Shown: positions 21,156 to 31,823, counted from the stretch's first letter. The stretch is 64,000 nucleotides of DNA from an uncultured Candidatus Rokubacteria bacterium (GCA_963789955.1 CAWBMV010000021.1:1-64000), one strand, 5' to 3'. Numbers and translations: made by a program. The notes: generated by a model from the sequence alone, not told the origin.

Positions 21156-21941
21156 TCAGGCCGCTGTCACGCCGCCGTCGACCGGCAACGCGACGCCCGT
21201 GACGAACGACGCTTCGTCCGAGAGCAGGAACAGCGCCGCGTTGGCGATCTCGTCGGGCTTACCCGTGCGACCCAGCGGCACGGAGCCGTGAGCGCGCTTG
21301 CGCACGAGCTCCTCCGGATCCATGCCGGCCGTCGACTTCTGATCGGGGCGTGAGACGAACACGCGCAGCATCGGCGTGTCGATCGGACCGGGACAGACGG
21401 CGTTCACGCGAATCTTTTCGGGCGCCAGCCGCAGCGCCAGGCTCTTGACGAAGCCCACCACGCCGAACTTGCACATCGAGTAGACCGGGCTGAAGCCGGA
21501 TCCCACCAGCCCGGAGGTCGACGCGGTATAGAGGAGGCTCCCACCGCCCCGGGCGCGTAGCTCGGGAATAGCCGCCTCGGTCGTGATCAGCACCGTGCGG
21601 AGGTTGAGGTCGACCGCCAGATTGAAGGCGCTCATGTCGATACCCTCGATCGCGGCCGGCCCGGGATGACCGACATGGTTCCAGACGAAATCCAGCCCCT
21701 TGAACCGGTTCACGGTGTCCCACACGATGCGGCGCGAATCCTCGTCGTTCGTCAGGTCCGCCGTGATGCCGTGCGCGACGCCGCCTGCCGCGGTAATCTC
21801 GCCCACCACGCGCTTGACCCCAGCAGCGTCCACGTCGACGACGGCGACCTGCGCGCCTTCTCGCGCGAAGCGCAGGGCTCCGGCCCGTCCCATACCCGAG
21901 GCAGCAGCGGTCACGATCCCGATCTTTCCGGCCATGCGCAT
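21156..21941 (-). CDS. SDR-family oxidoreductase
   Basis: TAAASGMG, YSMCK (YxxxK), RVNAVCPGPIDT, LPVDGG. Confidence 0.92.
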   Translation of the reverse strand: MRMAGKIGIVTAAASGMGRAGALRFAREGAQVAVVDVDAAGVKRVVGEITAAGGVAHGITADLTNDEDSRRIVWDTVNRFKGLDFVWNHVGHPGPAAIEGIDMSAFNLAVDLNLRTVLITTEAAIPELRARGGGSLLYTASTSGLVGSGFSPVYSMCKFGVVGFVKSLALRLAPEKIRVNAVCPGPIDTPMLRVFVSRPDQKSTAGMDPEELVRKRAHGSVPLGRTGKPDEIANAALFLLSDEASFVTGVALPVDGGVTAA

Positions 21942-22141
21942 CGGTAGACCTCCGACGGAGATTGAGTCTCGATCCTACTATAGTGAGAGCCCCTTCGAGC
22001 CTAGCCCGGCCGGTTGACTTGTCGCGCGGGCTCTGACAGGATCGGCGCGAGCTTGACGCACCGATTCGCGCACGCCCTCATCCATGCCTGCCCCGGCACG
22101 GGGCACACGCACGAAGACCACGAGTCCCCAGGAGGCTCATC

Positions 22142-22990
22142 ATGACCCGACGTCGACTTGCCGCCATGGCGGTCACCGCACTCCTCTGCGCGGCGCCCGC
22201 GCTCGCCCAGGAAAAACTTCCGCCCTTGAGAACCGGGGTCGACGGCACCTTCGCGCCGCACGCCATGCCCAAGCTGGGCGGCGGCATCGAGGGCTTCCAG
22301 GTCGACCTCTTCACCGAGGTCGCGCGTCGCATGCACCGCGAGATCACCATCGACGCGGTGAGCTTCTCGACCTTGATCCCCGGCATGCAGTCCGGCCGCT
22401 ACGACTTCATCGCCGCGCCGACGACAGTGACCAAGGAGCGGGCAGAGAACATGCTCTTCACCGCGGGCTATCTCTGGACCGCGTACCAGTTCGGCATCAA
22501 GAAGGGCTCGGAACCGATCAAGGGCTGGGCGGACCTCAAGGGCAAGTCGGTCTCCGTCAACAAGGGCACGCCGTACGAGACCTTGTCCAAGGCCATGGGC
22601 ACCGAGCACGGCTTCACGGTGCAGGTCTATGACACCCAGCCGGACGCCACGCAGGCCGTCCTCTCGGGCCGCGCCTACGCGACCCTCGGCGGCAACACGA
22701 CGATCGTGTACGCCGCGTCGAAGAATCCGCAGTTCGTGGCCGATCTCGAGCTCAAGGAGACGCGCGCCCACTGGGCGGCGCCGGTGCCCAAGAACAACCC
22801 GAAGCTCCGCGCCGAGCTTCAGGATGCGCTCGACTGCATGAAGAAGGACGGCACGATCGCCAAGATGTCCGAGAAATGGTTCGGCAAGAAGCCGGCGCCC
22901 GACGACCTGCAGGTGGTGATCACACCGGGCTACGGCCCGCCGGGTATGCCGGGGTACGATCCGACGCCGCACGAGCTTCACTGCCACTGA
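22142..22990 (+). CDS. Polar amino-acid ABC transporter substrate-binding protein
   Basis: Signal peptide, GFQVDL, LIPGMQSGRYD, MKKDGTIAKMSEKWFG. Confidence 0.9.
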   Translation: MTRRRLAAMAVTALLCAAPALAQEKLPPLRTGVDGTFAPHAMPKLGGGIEGFQVDLFTEVARRMHREITIDAVSFSTLIPGMQSGRYDFIAAPTTVTKERAENMLFTAGYLWTAYQFGIKKGSEPIKGWADLKGKSVSVNKGTPYETLSKAMGTEHGFTVQVYDTQPDATQAVLSGRAYATLGGNTTIVYAASKNPQFVADLELKETRAHWAAPVPKNNPKLRAELQDALDCMKKDGTIAKMSEKWFGKKPAPDDLQVVITPGYGPPGMPGYDPTPHELHCH

Positions 22991-22999
22991 TCTGAGGGA

Positions 23000-23740
23000 A
23001 TGAACGGCCCGATCGTCGACGCGCGCGGGCTCCACAAGCATTTCGGCGCCCTTCACGTGCTGAAGGGCGTCGATCTCCGGGTGGCCGAGCGCGAGCTGGT
23101 GTTCGTGATCGGGCCGTCGGGGTCGGGCAAGTCGACCCTGCTGCGCTGCCTCAACCGGCTGGAGGAGCCGTCTTCCGGCAGTGTCGTGGTCGACGGCATC
23201 GACATGCTCGACCCGCGGACCGACATCAACCATGCGCGTCAGCGCATCGGGATGGTCTTCCAGTCCTTCAACCTCTATCCGCACATGACGGCGCTCGGCA
23301 ACGTGACCCTGGCGCTGCGCAAGGTCGCGGGCAAGTCGCGCGCCGAGGCCGAGGCGCTGGGCCGGGCCGCGCTGGAGCGGGTCGGCCTCGCCGATCGCGC
23401 CGAACACACGCCGGGTCAGCTTTCGGGCGGCCAGCAGCAACGGGTGGCCATCGCGCGCTCGATTGCGCTCGAGCCCCGCGTGATGCTGTTCGACGAGCCG
23501 ACCAGCGCGCTCGATCCCGAGCTGGTCGGCTCGGTGCTCGAGGTCATGCGCTCCTTGCGCGAAAGCGGCATGACGATGATCGTGGTCAGCCACGAGATGG
23601 GATTCGCCCGCAACGCCGCCGACCGCGTCGTGTTCATGGACGAGGGCGCCATCGTGGAGGAAGGTCCGCCCGCCGTGATCTTCGAACGCCCGACCCACGA
23701 GCGCACGCGCACCTTCATCGGCCAGATTCAGCGGCACTGA
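23000..23740 (+). CDS. Amino-acid ABC transporter ATP-binding protein (GlnQ-like)
   Basis: [40 protein letters not shown]. Confidence 0.95.
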   Translation: MNGPIVDARGLHKHFGALHVLKGVDLRVAERELVFVIGPSGSGKSTLLRCLNRLEEPSSGSVVVDGIDMLDPRTDINHARQRIGMVFQSFNLYPHMTALGNVTLALRKVAGKSRAEAEALGRAALERVGLADRAEHTPGQLSGGQQQRVAIARSIALEPRVMLFDEPTSALDPELVGSVLEVMRSLRESGMTMIVVSHEMGFARNAADRVVFMDEGAIVEEGPPAVIFERPTHERTRTFIGQIQRH

Positions 23741-23787
23741 GGGGCACCCTGGACCGTTTCGTCGAGACGTTCCTCAACACGAAGGTC

Positions 23788-24420
23788 ATGCTCAAGTACC
23801 TGCCGGACATCCTGTCCGGCGTGGTGGTCACGATCGAGCTGGCCATCCTGATCGTCGTCACCGGTATTGCCGCCGGCCTGGTCCTGGCCCTACTCAGAAG
23901 CCTCGGCATCCGGCCGCTCAACTGGCTGATCATCGCGGTGGTCGACCTGTTCCGCTCGCTGCCGCCGCTCGTCGTCATCGTGCTGATCTACTTCGGCCTG
24001 CCGAGCGCCGGCCTTTCACCTTCGGGCTTCGTCTCGACCTGGCTGTCGCTGGCGTTCGTGCTCATGGCGTTTTCCGAGGAGATCTTCTGGGCCGGCATCA
24101 CCTCGGTCGCCAGGGGCCAGTGGGAGGCCGCGCGCTCGACCGGCTTGTCGTTCGGCCAGACCTTGATGAACGTCGTGCTGCCGCAGGCCTTCCGCCTGGC
24201 GATCCCGCCGCTCACCAACCGCACCATCGCCATCACCAAGGGCACCGCGCTCGGGACCGTCGTCGCCGTCACCGAGATCCTCGGGCAGGCGAGCTCGGCC
24301 ATGTCCAACTCCTACAATCCTTCACCGCTGATGATGGGCGCCGCCGCCTACCTGGTCCTGTTCTTCCCTGTCGTGGTCGCGGGCCGCTGGGTCGAGACCA
24401 AGTTCGCGTGGAAGCGATGA
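23788..24420 (+). CDS. Amino-acid ABC transporter permease (frame open from CTG at 23749)
   Basis: FRSLPPLV, GQWEAARSTG, VLPQAFRLAIPPL. Confidence 0.9.
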   Translation: MLKYLPDILSGVVVTIELAILIVVTGIAAGLVLALLRSLGIRPLNWLIIAVVDLFRSLPPLVVIVLIYFGLPSAGLSPSGFVSTWLSLAFVLMAFSEEIFWAGITSVARGQWEAARSTGLSFGQTLMNVVLPQAFRLAIPPLTNRTIAITKGTALGTVVAVTEILGQASSAMSNSYNPSPLMMGAAAYLVLFFPVVVAGRWVETKFAWKR

Positions 24421-25079
24421 TCCAGACTTTCTTCAACCCGGAGATCATCGTCGCGTCCTGGCCGATCGTGCGAGCGGGGCTCCTGAACACCGTGCTGCTG
24501 TCGCTGCTCGTGGTGCCGCTCGGCCTGCTCGGCGGATTGATCCTGGCGTTGCTGGCGAGCGTGAAGCATCCCGCGGTCCGCTGGCCGCTGATCGCGTGGG
24601 TCGATTTCTTCCGCGCCTTCCCGCCTCTGGTGCTGCTCATCTTGTTGTTCGCCGGGCTGCCATTCGCCGGCCTGGAGCTGGGCGGCTTCGTCTGTGTCGC
24701 GATTGCCTTCTTCCTCAACACCGGCGCCTACTACGGCGAGATCCTGCGAGCGGGGATCGATTCGGTACCGGCCGGCCAGGTCGAGGCCGCCCGCTCCACC
24801 GGCCTCTCGCGCCTGCAGGCCATGACCTACGTGGTCCTGCCGCAGGCCGTGCGCAACGTGCTCCCCGATCTGCTCTCCAACACGCTGGAGGTCGTGAAGC
24901 TCACCGCGCTCGGCAGCGTGGTCGCGGTGCCGGAGCTCCTCTACCAGGCGCGCCAGGCGCAGAGCCTGACCTACAGCCCGACGCCCATCGTGGTGGCGGC
25001 GGCCATCTATTTCCTGCTGCTGTGGCCCGTGGTGCGGCTCTTGAGCCGATTGGAGAACCGCGCGCTCGCGGCGCGATAG
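24417..25079 (+). CDS. Amino-acid ABC transporter permease
   Basis: FFRAFPPLV, AYYGEILRAGI, GQVEAARSTG. Confidence 0.9.
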   Translation: MIQTFFNPEIIVASWPIVRAGLLNTVLLSLLVVPLGLLGGLILALLASVKHPAVRWPLIAWVDFFRAFPPLVLLILLFAGLPFAGLELGGFVCVAIAFFLNTGAYYGEILRAGIDSVPAGQVEAARSTGLSRLQAMTYVVLPQAVRNVLPDLLSNTLEVVKLTALGSVVAVPELLYQARQAQSLTYSPTPIVVAAAIYFLLLWPVVRLLSRLENRALAAR

Positions 25080-25124
25080 CGCGACGGCGATTCCGCTATG
25101 CTACCGCCCACGGAGGACACCACG

Positions 25125-25733
25125 ATGAATCCCCGCGCCCTGCGACACCGCACGCTCGTTGTGCTCCTCGTGCTGGGACTCGCACTCGTCGCACCGCACG
25201 CACCGTGGTCGGGCTCGCCGCGCGCCGAGTCCGACCGCGCGGCGATCAGCCGGAGCGGCGTGCTCGGCGGCGCGAGCTACCTGATCGAGGTGCCCGCGAA
25301 GTGGCAAGGCGGTCTCGTGGTCTTCGCGCACGGGATCCAGCGGCGAGTGCGGCGGCTGCATCCGGCGAAGGACTCCCGATCACCGAGCGCGAACCCCGTG
25401 TACGCGGAACGCACCGGTCAGCTGAAGGCACCGCTCATCACCGTACACGAGACCGGCGATGCGTGGGTGCCGTTGAGCCTCGAGCAATCCTATCGGCGCC
25501 GCACGATCGCCGCCGGTACCAACCACCTGCTGGTCCAGCGGGTCACGCGCGGGCCGGGTCACTGCGCGTTCGACGCCGCGACGATCGCCCAGGCGTTCGA
25601 CGATCTGGTCGCGTGGATCGAGCGCGGCGTGCGGCCCGTCGGCGAGGATGTGCTCGCGCCCGATCTGTCACGCATCGGGCTCAAGTGGACGCCACATCTG
25701 CTGCTGGAGGATCCGCTCGCGCCGCGCCGGTAA
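25125..25733 (+). CDS. Secreted alpha/beta-hydrolase-like protein, apparently lacking its central part
   Basis: Signal peptide, then [19 protein letters not shown] joined almost directly to [20 protein letters not shown]...GPGHCAF. No GxSxG motif. Confidence 0.55.
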   Translation: MNPRALRHRTLVVLLVLGLALVAPHAPWSGSPRAESDRAAISRSGVLGGASYLIEVPAKWQGGLVVFAHGIQRRVRRLHPAKDSRSPSANPVYAERTGQLKAPLITVHETGDAWVPLSLEQSYRRRTIAAGTNHLLVQRVTRGPGHCAFDAATIAQAFDDLVAWIERGVRPVGEDVLAPDLSRIGLKWTPHLLLEDPLAPRR

Positions 25734-25742
25734 CGCTCGGCA

Positions 25743-27120
25743 TTATCGTCGCGGCGTCGGATCGAACCAGCCGCCGTCGGGCGGCGATCAGGGCATTCGC
25801 TTCCGGTGGCCCCCATGTCCCGCGCTCGTACTCGTGCACCGGAGCGCCGGCGCGCAGGATCGGATCCAGGATTCGCCACGCCTCCTCGACGTAGTCCTGA
25901 CGCGCGAAGCGGAGCGAGTTGCCCCGGAGCGCGTCGAACAGCAGCTCCTCGTACGCCCCCATCTCGGCTGGATCGGAAGCCTCGCTGATCACGAGCTCGA
26001 CCGGCTGCCCGTCGAGCTCTCCGCCCGCTCTCTTCACCAGAGCGCCGACCGCGATCATGAGATCGGGTGTGACGCGGAAGCGGAAGTAGTTGGCCGGAGG
26101 CGGAAGCTCCGAGAACACCGACGGCGGCTGGCGCAGCTTGACGAGCACTTCCGTGGCCGTCACCGGAAGGCACTTGCCCGCGCGGATATAGAAGGGCACC
26201 CCTTTCCATCGCCACGAATTGATCGCGAGCTTGAGCGCAACGTAGGTTTCCACGGACGAATCCGCGGCGACGCCGGGCTCGTCGCGATAGCCTCGGAACT
26301 GGCCACGCACGACGTCACCCGACGCGAGCGGGCGAATTCCCTTCAGGACTTTCGCCTTTTCGTCCCTCAGCATCTCGACGTCCAGACCGGGCGGAGGCTC
26401 CATGGCAATGTTGGTCAGCACCTGCAGCAGGTGGTTTTGCACGACGTCGCGCAAGGCTCCGGTCTGGTCGTAGAATTTTCCGCGCCCCTCGACGTCGAAG
26501 TCTTCCGCCATCGTGATCTGCACGCTCTCGACGTACTGCCGATTCCACAAGGGCTCGAGAAACGAGTTGGCGAAGCGAAAGAACAGCAGGTTCTGCACGG
26601 TGTTCTTGCCCAGATAGTGGTCGATACGGAACACGTTGTCTTCGGAGAAGCTTCGGTGGACGGCCGAGTTCAAGGTGCGTGCCGTGGCCAGGTCGTGCCC
26701 GAACGGCTTCTCGATCACGACACGCCCGCCCTTCGCACATCCGGATTCACCGAGCTGATCGACGACGGTCTCGAACAGGCTCGGCGGGATCGCCAGATAG
26801 TGCGTCGGGTGCCGGGCGTCGCCGAGCTCTCGGCGCAGGCTTCTGAACGTCGCCGAATCGGCGTAGTCGCCGTCGAGGTAGCGCAGGCGGCGCGCGAGTC
26901 GGCCGAACGCGTCCGGATCAAGACCGCCGTGCCGCTCGACGCTGTCGCGGGCGCGGGCCTTCAGCTGATCGAGCGTCCAGCCGGCCTTCGCGACCCCGAT
27001 GACCGGAATGTCGAGGTGGCCGCGCTTGGCCAGCGCCTGCAGGGCGGGAAATATCTTCTTGTAGGCCAGATCCCCGGTCGCCCCGAAAAACACCAGCGCA
27101 TCGGACGGTTCGGGGCTCAT
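25743..27120 (-). CDS. zwf: Glucose-6-phosphate 1-dehydrogenase (frameshift near 3' end)
   Basis: [49 protein letters not shown]. Confidence 0.95.
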
Positions 27121-27166
27121 CGTGCTAGAACTCTGCGGGAGCCGCATCTTTCGCCGCGAAGGGCGG

Positions 27167-28514
27167 TCAGCAGCAGACCCATTCGAAGTCGATGATCAGA
27201 CGAGTCTTTGCACCATCGCCTCGGAGCGTGGAAGCCCGATCGGCCGCGACGAAGTCGAGCAGCCACTGAGCCTTCCGGTGGAGCCCTGCGCCGGCTGGAT
27301 GTCGCCGTCGAACGCACCGGCCTTGCGGGCGGCCACGATGGCGTCGATCCACTGTCGCCTCGCCGCGCGCTGGAGCAGCGCGTTGTGCCGGTCCTGGATC
27401 GCAACCACACGGCCCTCGAGCTCCTTTTCGGGCACAGAGTGGCAGGGCTGGCAGGCCCGGTTGAGGTTGAGCAGTGGGCGCCGGACGCGTGGTCGATCAC
27501 CCTCGAGCGCGCCGCCTCGCTGATAGGGCATGTGGCAGTCGGCGCACGCCACGCCGGCGCGCGCGTGGATGCCCTGGTTCCACACCTCGAACTCCGGGTG
27601 CTGCGCCTTGAGCATCTTGGTGCCGGTATCGGCCGCGTCCAGTCCGTGAAGCCTTCCTTGTCGTAGTACGCCTCGATCTCCTCGACCTTCAGGCCGTTGG
27701 CCCACGGATACGTGACGGTCTTGCTGGCGCCCTTGAAGTAGTACTCGACGTGGCACTGGCCGCAGACGTACGCCCGCATCTCCTGGTGTGTGGCGTCGCG
27801 GTGCGGGTCGTAGTCGGCGACGCCTGCTGGGCTTTGAGCGCCTTGATCCCGGCGATGAATCCCGGGCGCGTCACGCGCAGCCCCATCGTATTGAGCTCGT
27901 GGCAGTCCACGCAGGCGAGCGGGTGATGGACCAGGAGCTGGCCCTTGTCGTCCTTCATGCCGTGCGCCTGCTGGTAGGGCATGGCGTTGACCTGCTCGAA
28001 GCCCTTCGTGACGTCGCCCTTGCCGACGAAACGGTAGAGAGCCAGGTTGGCCGCGTGACACTGGAAGCAGGCGCCGGCAGCTTGTTCTCGGTCACGCGGC
28101 GCGTCTGCTCCTGGTCGAAGAGCGCGGAAGGCGTGGATCGCGACGGTCGCGATAGTCGATGGCGAACGGCGTAGCCGGCGAAGATGCGACGCAGCCACGG
28201 GTCCCGGTCGAGCTTCTGCTCCGCGGGGCCGCCGTCGCTGGCGCCGAGACCGCGGCCTCCGTACTTCGTTGCCGTCGAGCAGGGATGTCTTGAGATAGCT
28301 GTCGTACTCGGCCGGCCAGTTCTGGCCCCACACCTTCGGGTCCATGGTGTCCTCGGTCACCTCGACCAGGCGCACGAACGGCTGTCGGGCCTCTTGCTTG
28401 CGCTCGAAGATGTTGGTGAGCAAGGAGAGCGGCAGCACGGTGAGACCGGCCGCGGCAACAAAGCCCAGCGCAAAGAGCAACCAGGTCCGTCTCGTCGTCG
28501 CGCTGTCCGGTCAT
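27167..28514 (-). CDS. nrfA: Ammonia-forming cytochrome c552 nitrite reductase, heavily frameshifted (or a pseudogene)
   Basis: Fragments [66 protein letters not shown] and GFHAP across frames. Lies directly downstream of nrfH. Confidence 0.85.
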
Positions 28515-28541
28515 GTCGGCTCCCCTCGTGCGTGATCCGGT

Positions 28542-28991
28542 TCAGTCGCCAGCGCCATGGCCGGCCCCGCGGTGGCAGTGCATGCAATCGATGCCGCCAC
28601 GCGCCGGCTCCGCAGTCGCCAGCAGGTCGTGCACGAGCCCTGCGTGACATCGCACGCAGTTGTCCTGCACCATCCGCCGATCGCGCGCCGTGATCTCGAT
28701 CGGCTCCTTGAAGTTCTGCAGCGTGAAGGCCGCCGAATGTCGGAACCCGTGCTCCGCCTTGGCCACCCACTTCGCCAGGCCCGCGTGCGGCAGATGGCAC
28801 TCGACGCAGGTGGCCGCGTGGCGGTGCCCGCTCTTGAGCCAGGCGTCGTACTGCTCGTTCATGACGTGGCAGTTCACGCACGCACGCGGGTCGGTCGAGA
28901 GGTAGGAGAAGCCCTTCGCGTAGACGAAGGTGAAGGCCCCGACGCCGACCGGGACACCAAGAAGTAACAGGCACGCCATGACGAGTCGCAT
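28542..28991 (-). CDS. nrfH: Cytochrome c nitrite reductase small subunit (tetrahaem, NapC/NirT family)
   Basis: N-terminal TM, SYLSTDPRACVNCHVM, CVECHLPH, CVRCH, CMHCH. Confidence 0.92.
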   Translation of the reverse strand: MRLVMACLLLLGVPVGVGAFTFVYAKGFSYLSTDPRACVNCHVMNEQYDAWLKSGHRHAATCVECHLPHAGLAKWVAKAEHGFRHSAAFTLQNFKEPIEITARDRRMVQDNCVRCHAGLVHDLLATAEPARGGIDCMHCHRGAGHGAGD

Positions 28992-29107
28992 TTACCGGTT
29001 CCGACGATGGGGCATGGCCGAGCCGCAGCCGCACGACGATATGCCGACGGCGCCCCGCTCGCCACTGGACGAAGGTCCTATCGAGGCGCTTGCTGCCGGT
29101 CCGTCGT

Positions 29108-30037
29108 CTACGCTCTGAGGCCGACCGCCGCGCGCGCGTGCGCCTCGCGCTCCACGGTCGCGTTGATCTGCGCGCGCGGATCGAACGCGCCCTCGAGCAC
29201 GCCCCAGCTGGCCATCCACTCCCACGCCCAGCGCGCCTCGGCTTCGGGAATGGGTCCCGGCTCCTTCAGCTGGATGCGACCGAGATCGAAATCGTCCGGC
29301 GTGAGCTTCTCGACGTCGGGGTGGCCCGGGAAGTCGGCGATGAAGTAGGACACGTACCGGCGCTTGTCCGCATTGATGCGTCGCACCGCCCGCGTGACCC
29401 CTCGCACGAAGGCAGCGTACGTCTCGGCGGTCACGCTTCGATCGGCGACCCAGGTGCCGTGGAAGAACGTGGTCGACACGACGCGGCAGCCCTTCTTCTC
29501 GGCGATCGTGATCCACGGCTCCTGCAGCACCGTGGCCTCGACCTCACCTCGGAGCACCGCGTCGAGCCGGTCGCTCGAATTGACCGTGGCGGCGCAGGTG
29601 GTGATCGCCTCGCGCGGCATCGCGCCTTCCAGCATCTGCAGACCGGCATACGCGGTGCCGTTGCCGTAGTCGAGCGCGACCATTCGGTGCGCGAGCTCCT
29701 GCGGCGTGAAGATGTCGGAGCCGGGGCGGACCACCAGCCCGGCGCACACGACCATCGCACGGCGCCCAACCTGGAGGGCGCCCACTGCGCTTTCCGCCAC
29801 CCGGCGGTTATTGCCGCACTCTCACCCCTGGAACATGGCGGCTTCGCCGCGGTCCATGAGCTTGCCCTGGACCGAGACGGGCCGCGTGAGCGTTCCGTCG
29901 GCGGTGGACGGGGCATCGGCGGCCGCCGGCGCGATCCGGAGATCCAGGCCTTCCGCGGCGAACAGGCCTTCGTCCCTGGCGACCAGCACGTCGAGGCCGT
30001 TGAAGGCGCGCACTCTCTCGATCGTCATCGCTGTCAT
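29108..30037 (-). CDS. Binding-protein-fold (NMT1/SsuA/TauA-like) protein without signal peptide; candidate selenoprotein (in-frame TGA 29822-29824), 309 aa with read-through
   Basis: ORFs 29822..30037 and 29108..29800 are in the same frame, separated only by TGA: AMFQG*ECGNNRRVAES. LVARDEGLFAAEGL and LQEPWITIAEKKG are typical of this fold. Confidence 0.8.
29786..29818 (-). promoter_or_regulatory. Putative bacterial SECIS hairpin
   Basis: mRNA UGA-GAG-UGCGGC-AAUAA-CCGCC-GGGU-GGCGG-AAA-GCGCA: 5-bp upper stem, GGGU loop starting 20 nt after the UGA, A-rich internal loop and lower stem. Confidence 0.65.
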
Positions 30038-30069
30038 GGCTTCACCCTCCCTGAATCGACCACTTCATC

Positions 30070-31816
30070 TTATATCGCCTCGATCGCGTTCCGCGGAGCA
30101 CGGCCGAGCAGCAGCCGGGCTATCACGTAGCCCGGCCATCACCAGCGCCGTCTGGAGCAGCGCCAGGACCGACGCGGCCTCCTGGCGGCCGCTCACGGTC
30201 CAGAAGAAGATGTCGGCGGATAGCATGCGGCTCCCCGGGCCCGCGAGCAAGACGACGAGATCGAGGACGCGCACGGCAATGACGAAGAGCAGGATCCAGG
30301 CCCCGAGGATGGCGGGGCGCAGGAGCGGCACCCAGATCCGCACGAACACCCGGAGCCAGGACGCGCCGTGAATCCGCGCCGACTCTTCGAGCTCGGCGCC
30401 GAGCTGCACCATCGTCGCGGTGAAGAATCGCGAGCCGACCGGCAGGCCGCGCGCGACCAGGACGAGAACGAGAAGCCACGGCGTCCCGTAGATCGGAAGC
30501 CACACGAACGCCCACAGAAAGCCGAGCGCCATCACGAGGCCGGGCACGGCCCACGGGCCCCAGGCCACGAGGTCCAGGACCTTGCGCCCCGCCCACGTCG
30601 TGCGCGTCACGACGTACGAGATCACGGCCGAGAGGACGACGCCGAGCGTGGCGGCCGCCACGGAAACGAGGATCGTGTCCTTGATCGACGTCAGTACCGC
30701 CGTGCGTCCGAGCGCGTCGGCCCAGTGGCGAGTCGTGAAGAGCTCCCAGCTGAGGAAGCCGCTGAGCTCCATGAACGAGTTCAGGAGCAGCACGACGAAC
30801 GGCAGCGCGCCGAACACGACGAAGAATCCGATGATCGCGGCGAACGGCACCCAGCGCCACGGTCCTAGATCGACCGGGCGCGCCCGATATCCACGGCCGG
30901 AAATCGTCGTGAAGGCGCGCCCCTTCAAGAGCCTCCACTGCACCACGATGAGGCTCACCGTGAGGAGCAAGAGAAGCACCGCCAGCACCATCGCGGGACC
31001 GAACCGCGCGACGTGCCCTCCGTAGGCGAGGTCGTAGATCCGCGTCGTGAACACGAAGATCTTGGCCGGGGTTCCCAGCAGCTGCGGAAGCTCGAACGAC
31101 TCCATGGCGACCACGAACGACAGGATGCCCGAGGCCAGCAGCGCCGGCATCAGCAGCGGGACGTTGACCCGCCAGATCGTGCGCCATCCGCCGGCTCCGG
31201 CCATGCGCGCGGCTTCCTCCAAGGTGGCGTCCATCGCCTGGAAGGCCGGATAGACGAACAGGAACAGCACCGGCGCCGAGCGCACCGCGCCGAGGACGAT
31301 GAGCCCGGCATACGAGTAGACGTTGACGAACGTCTCCACGCCGGGGACGATCGCGCGCAGCCACTGATTGAGCAGGCCCACGTTCGGCGCGCCCAGGAGC
31401 ATCCAGGCCAGGACCCACGGCAGCTCCGGCAGGAAGAACAGAAACACCAGCAGCCCTTCGAGCAAGCGCTTGCCCGGCGTGGTCGTGCGGGCGATGCACC
31501 ACGCGAACACGGTCGCGAGGACGAGCGCCAGCACGGTCCGCGGCACCGCGATCAGAATACTGTTCAGGAGCACGCGATAGGTGTCGGCGTCGCCGAGGAC
31601 CGCGCGCCAGTGCGCGAGCGTGAAGCCACCCGGTTGTCCCGGAGCCCCGTCTTTGACGGTCCCGTACAGCACCATGCCGAGCGGATAAACGACCATGACC
31701 GCCGTCAGCGCGAGCAGAGCGAGCGGCAGCAACGTCGCGGGCTGAAACAGATCGCGCAGGGCCACCGTGGACGAGCGCGGCGCCGCGCGCTCGCCAGCGA
31801 CGCCCGGTGTCGCCAT
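30070..31816 (-). CDS. Fe3+-type (FbpB-like) ABC transporter permease, two-repeat
   Basis: Two EAA loops LEEAARMAGA and LEESARIHGA. Frameshift in the last 20 or so codons. Confidence 0.9.
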
Positions 31817-31823
31817 CCCAGTC

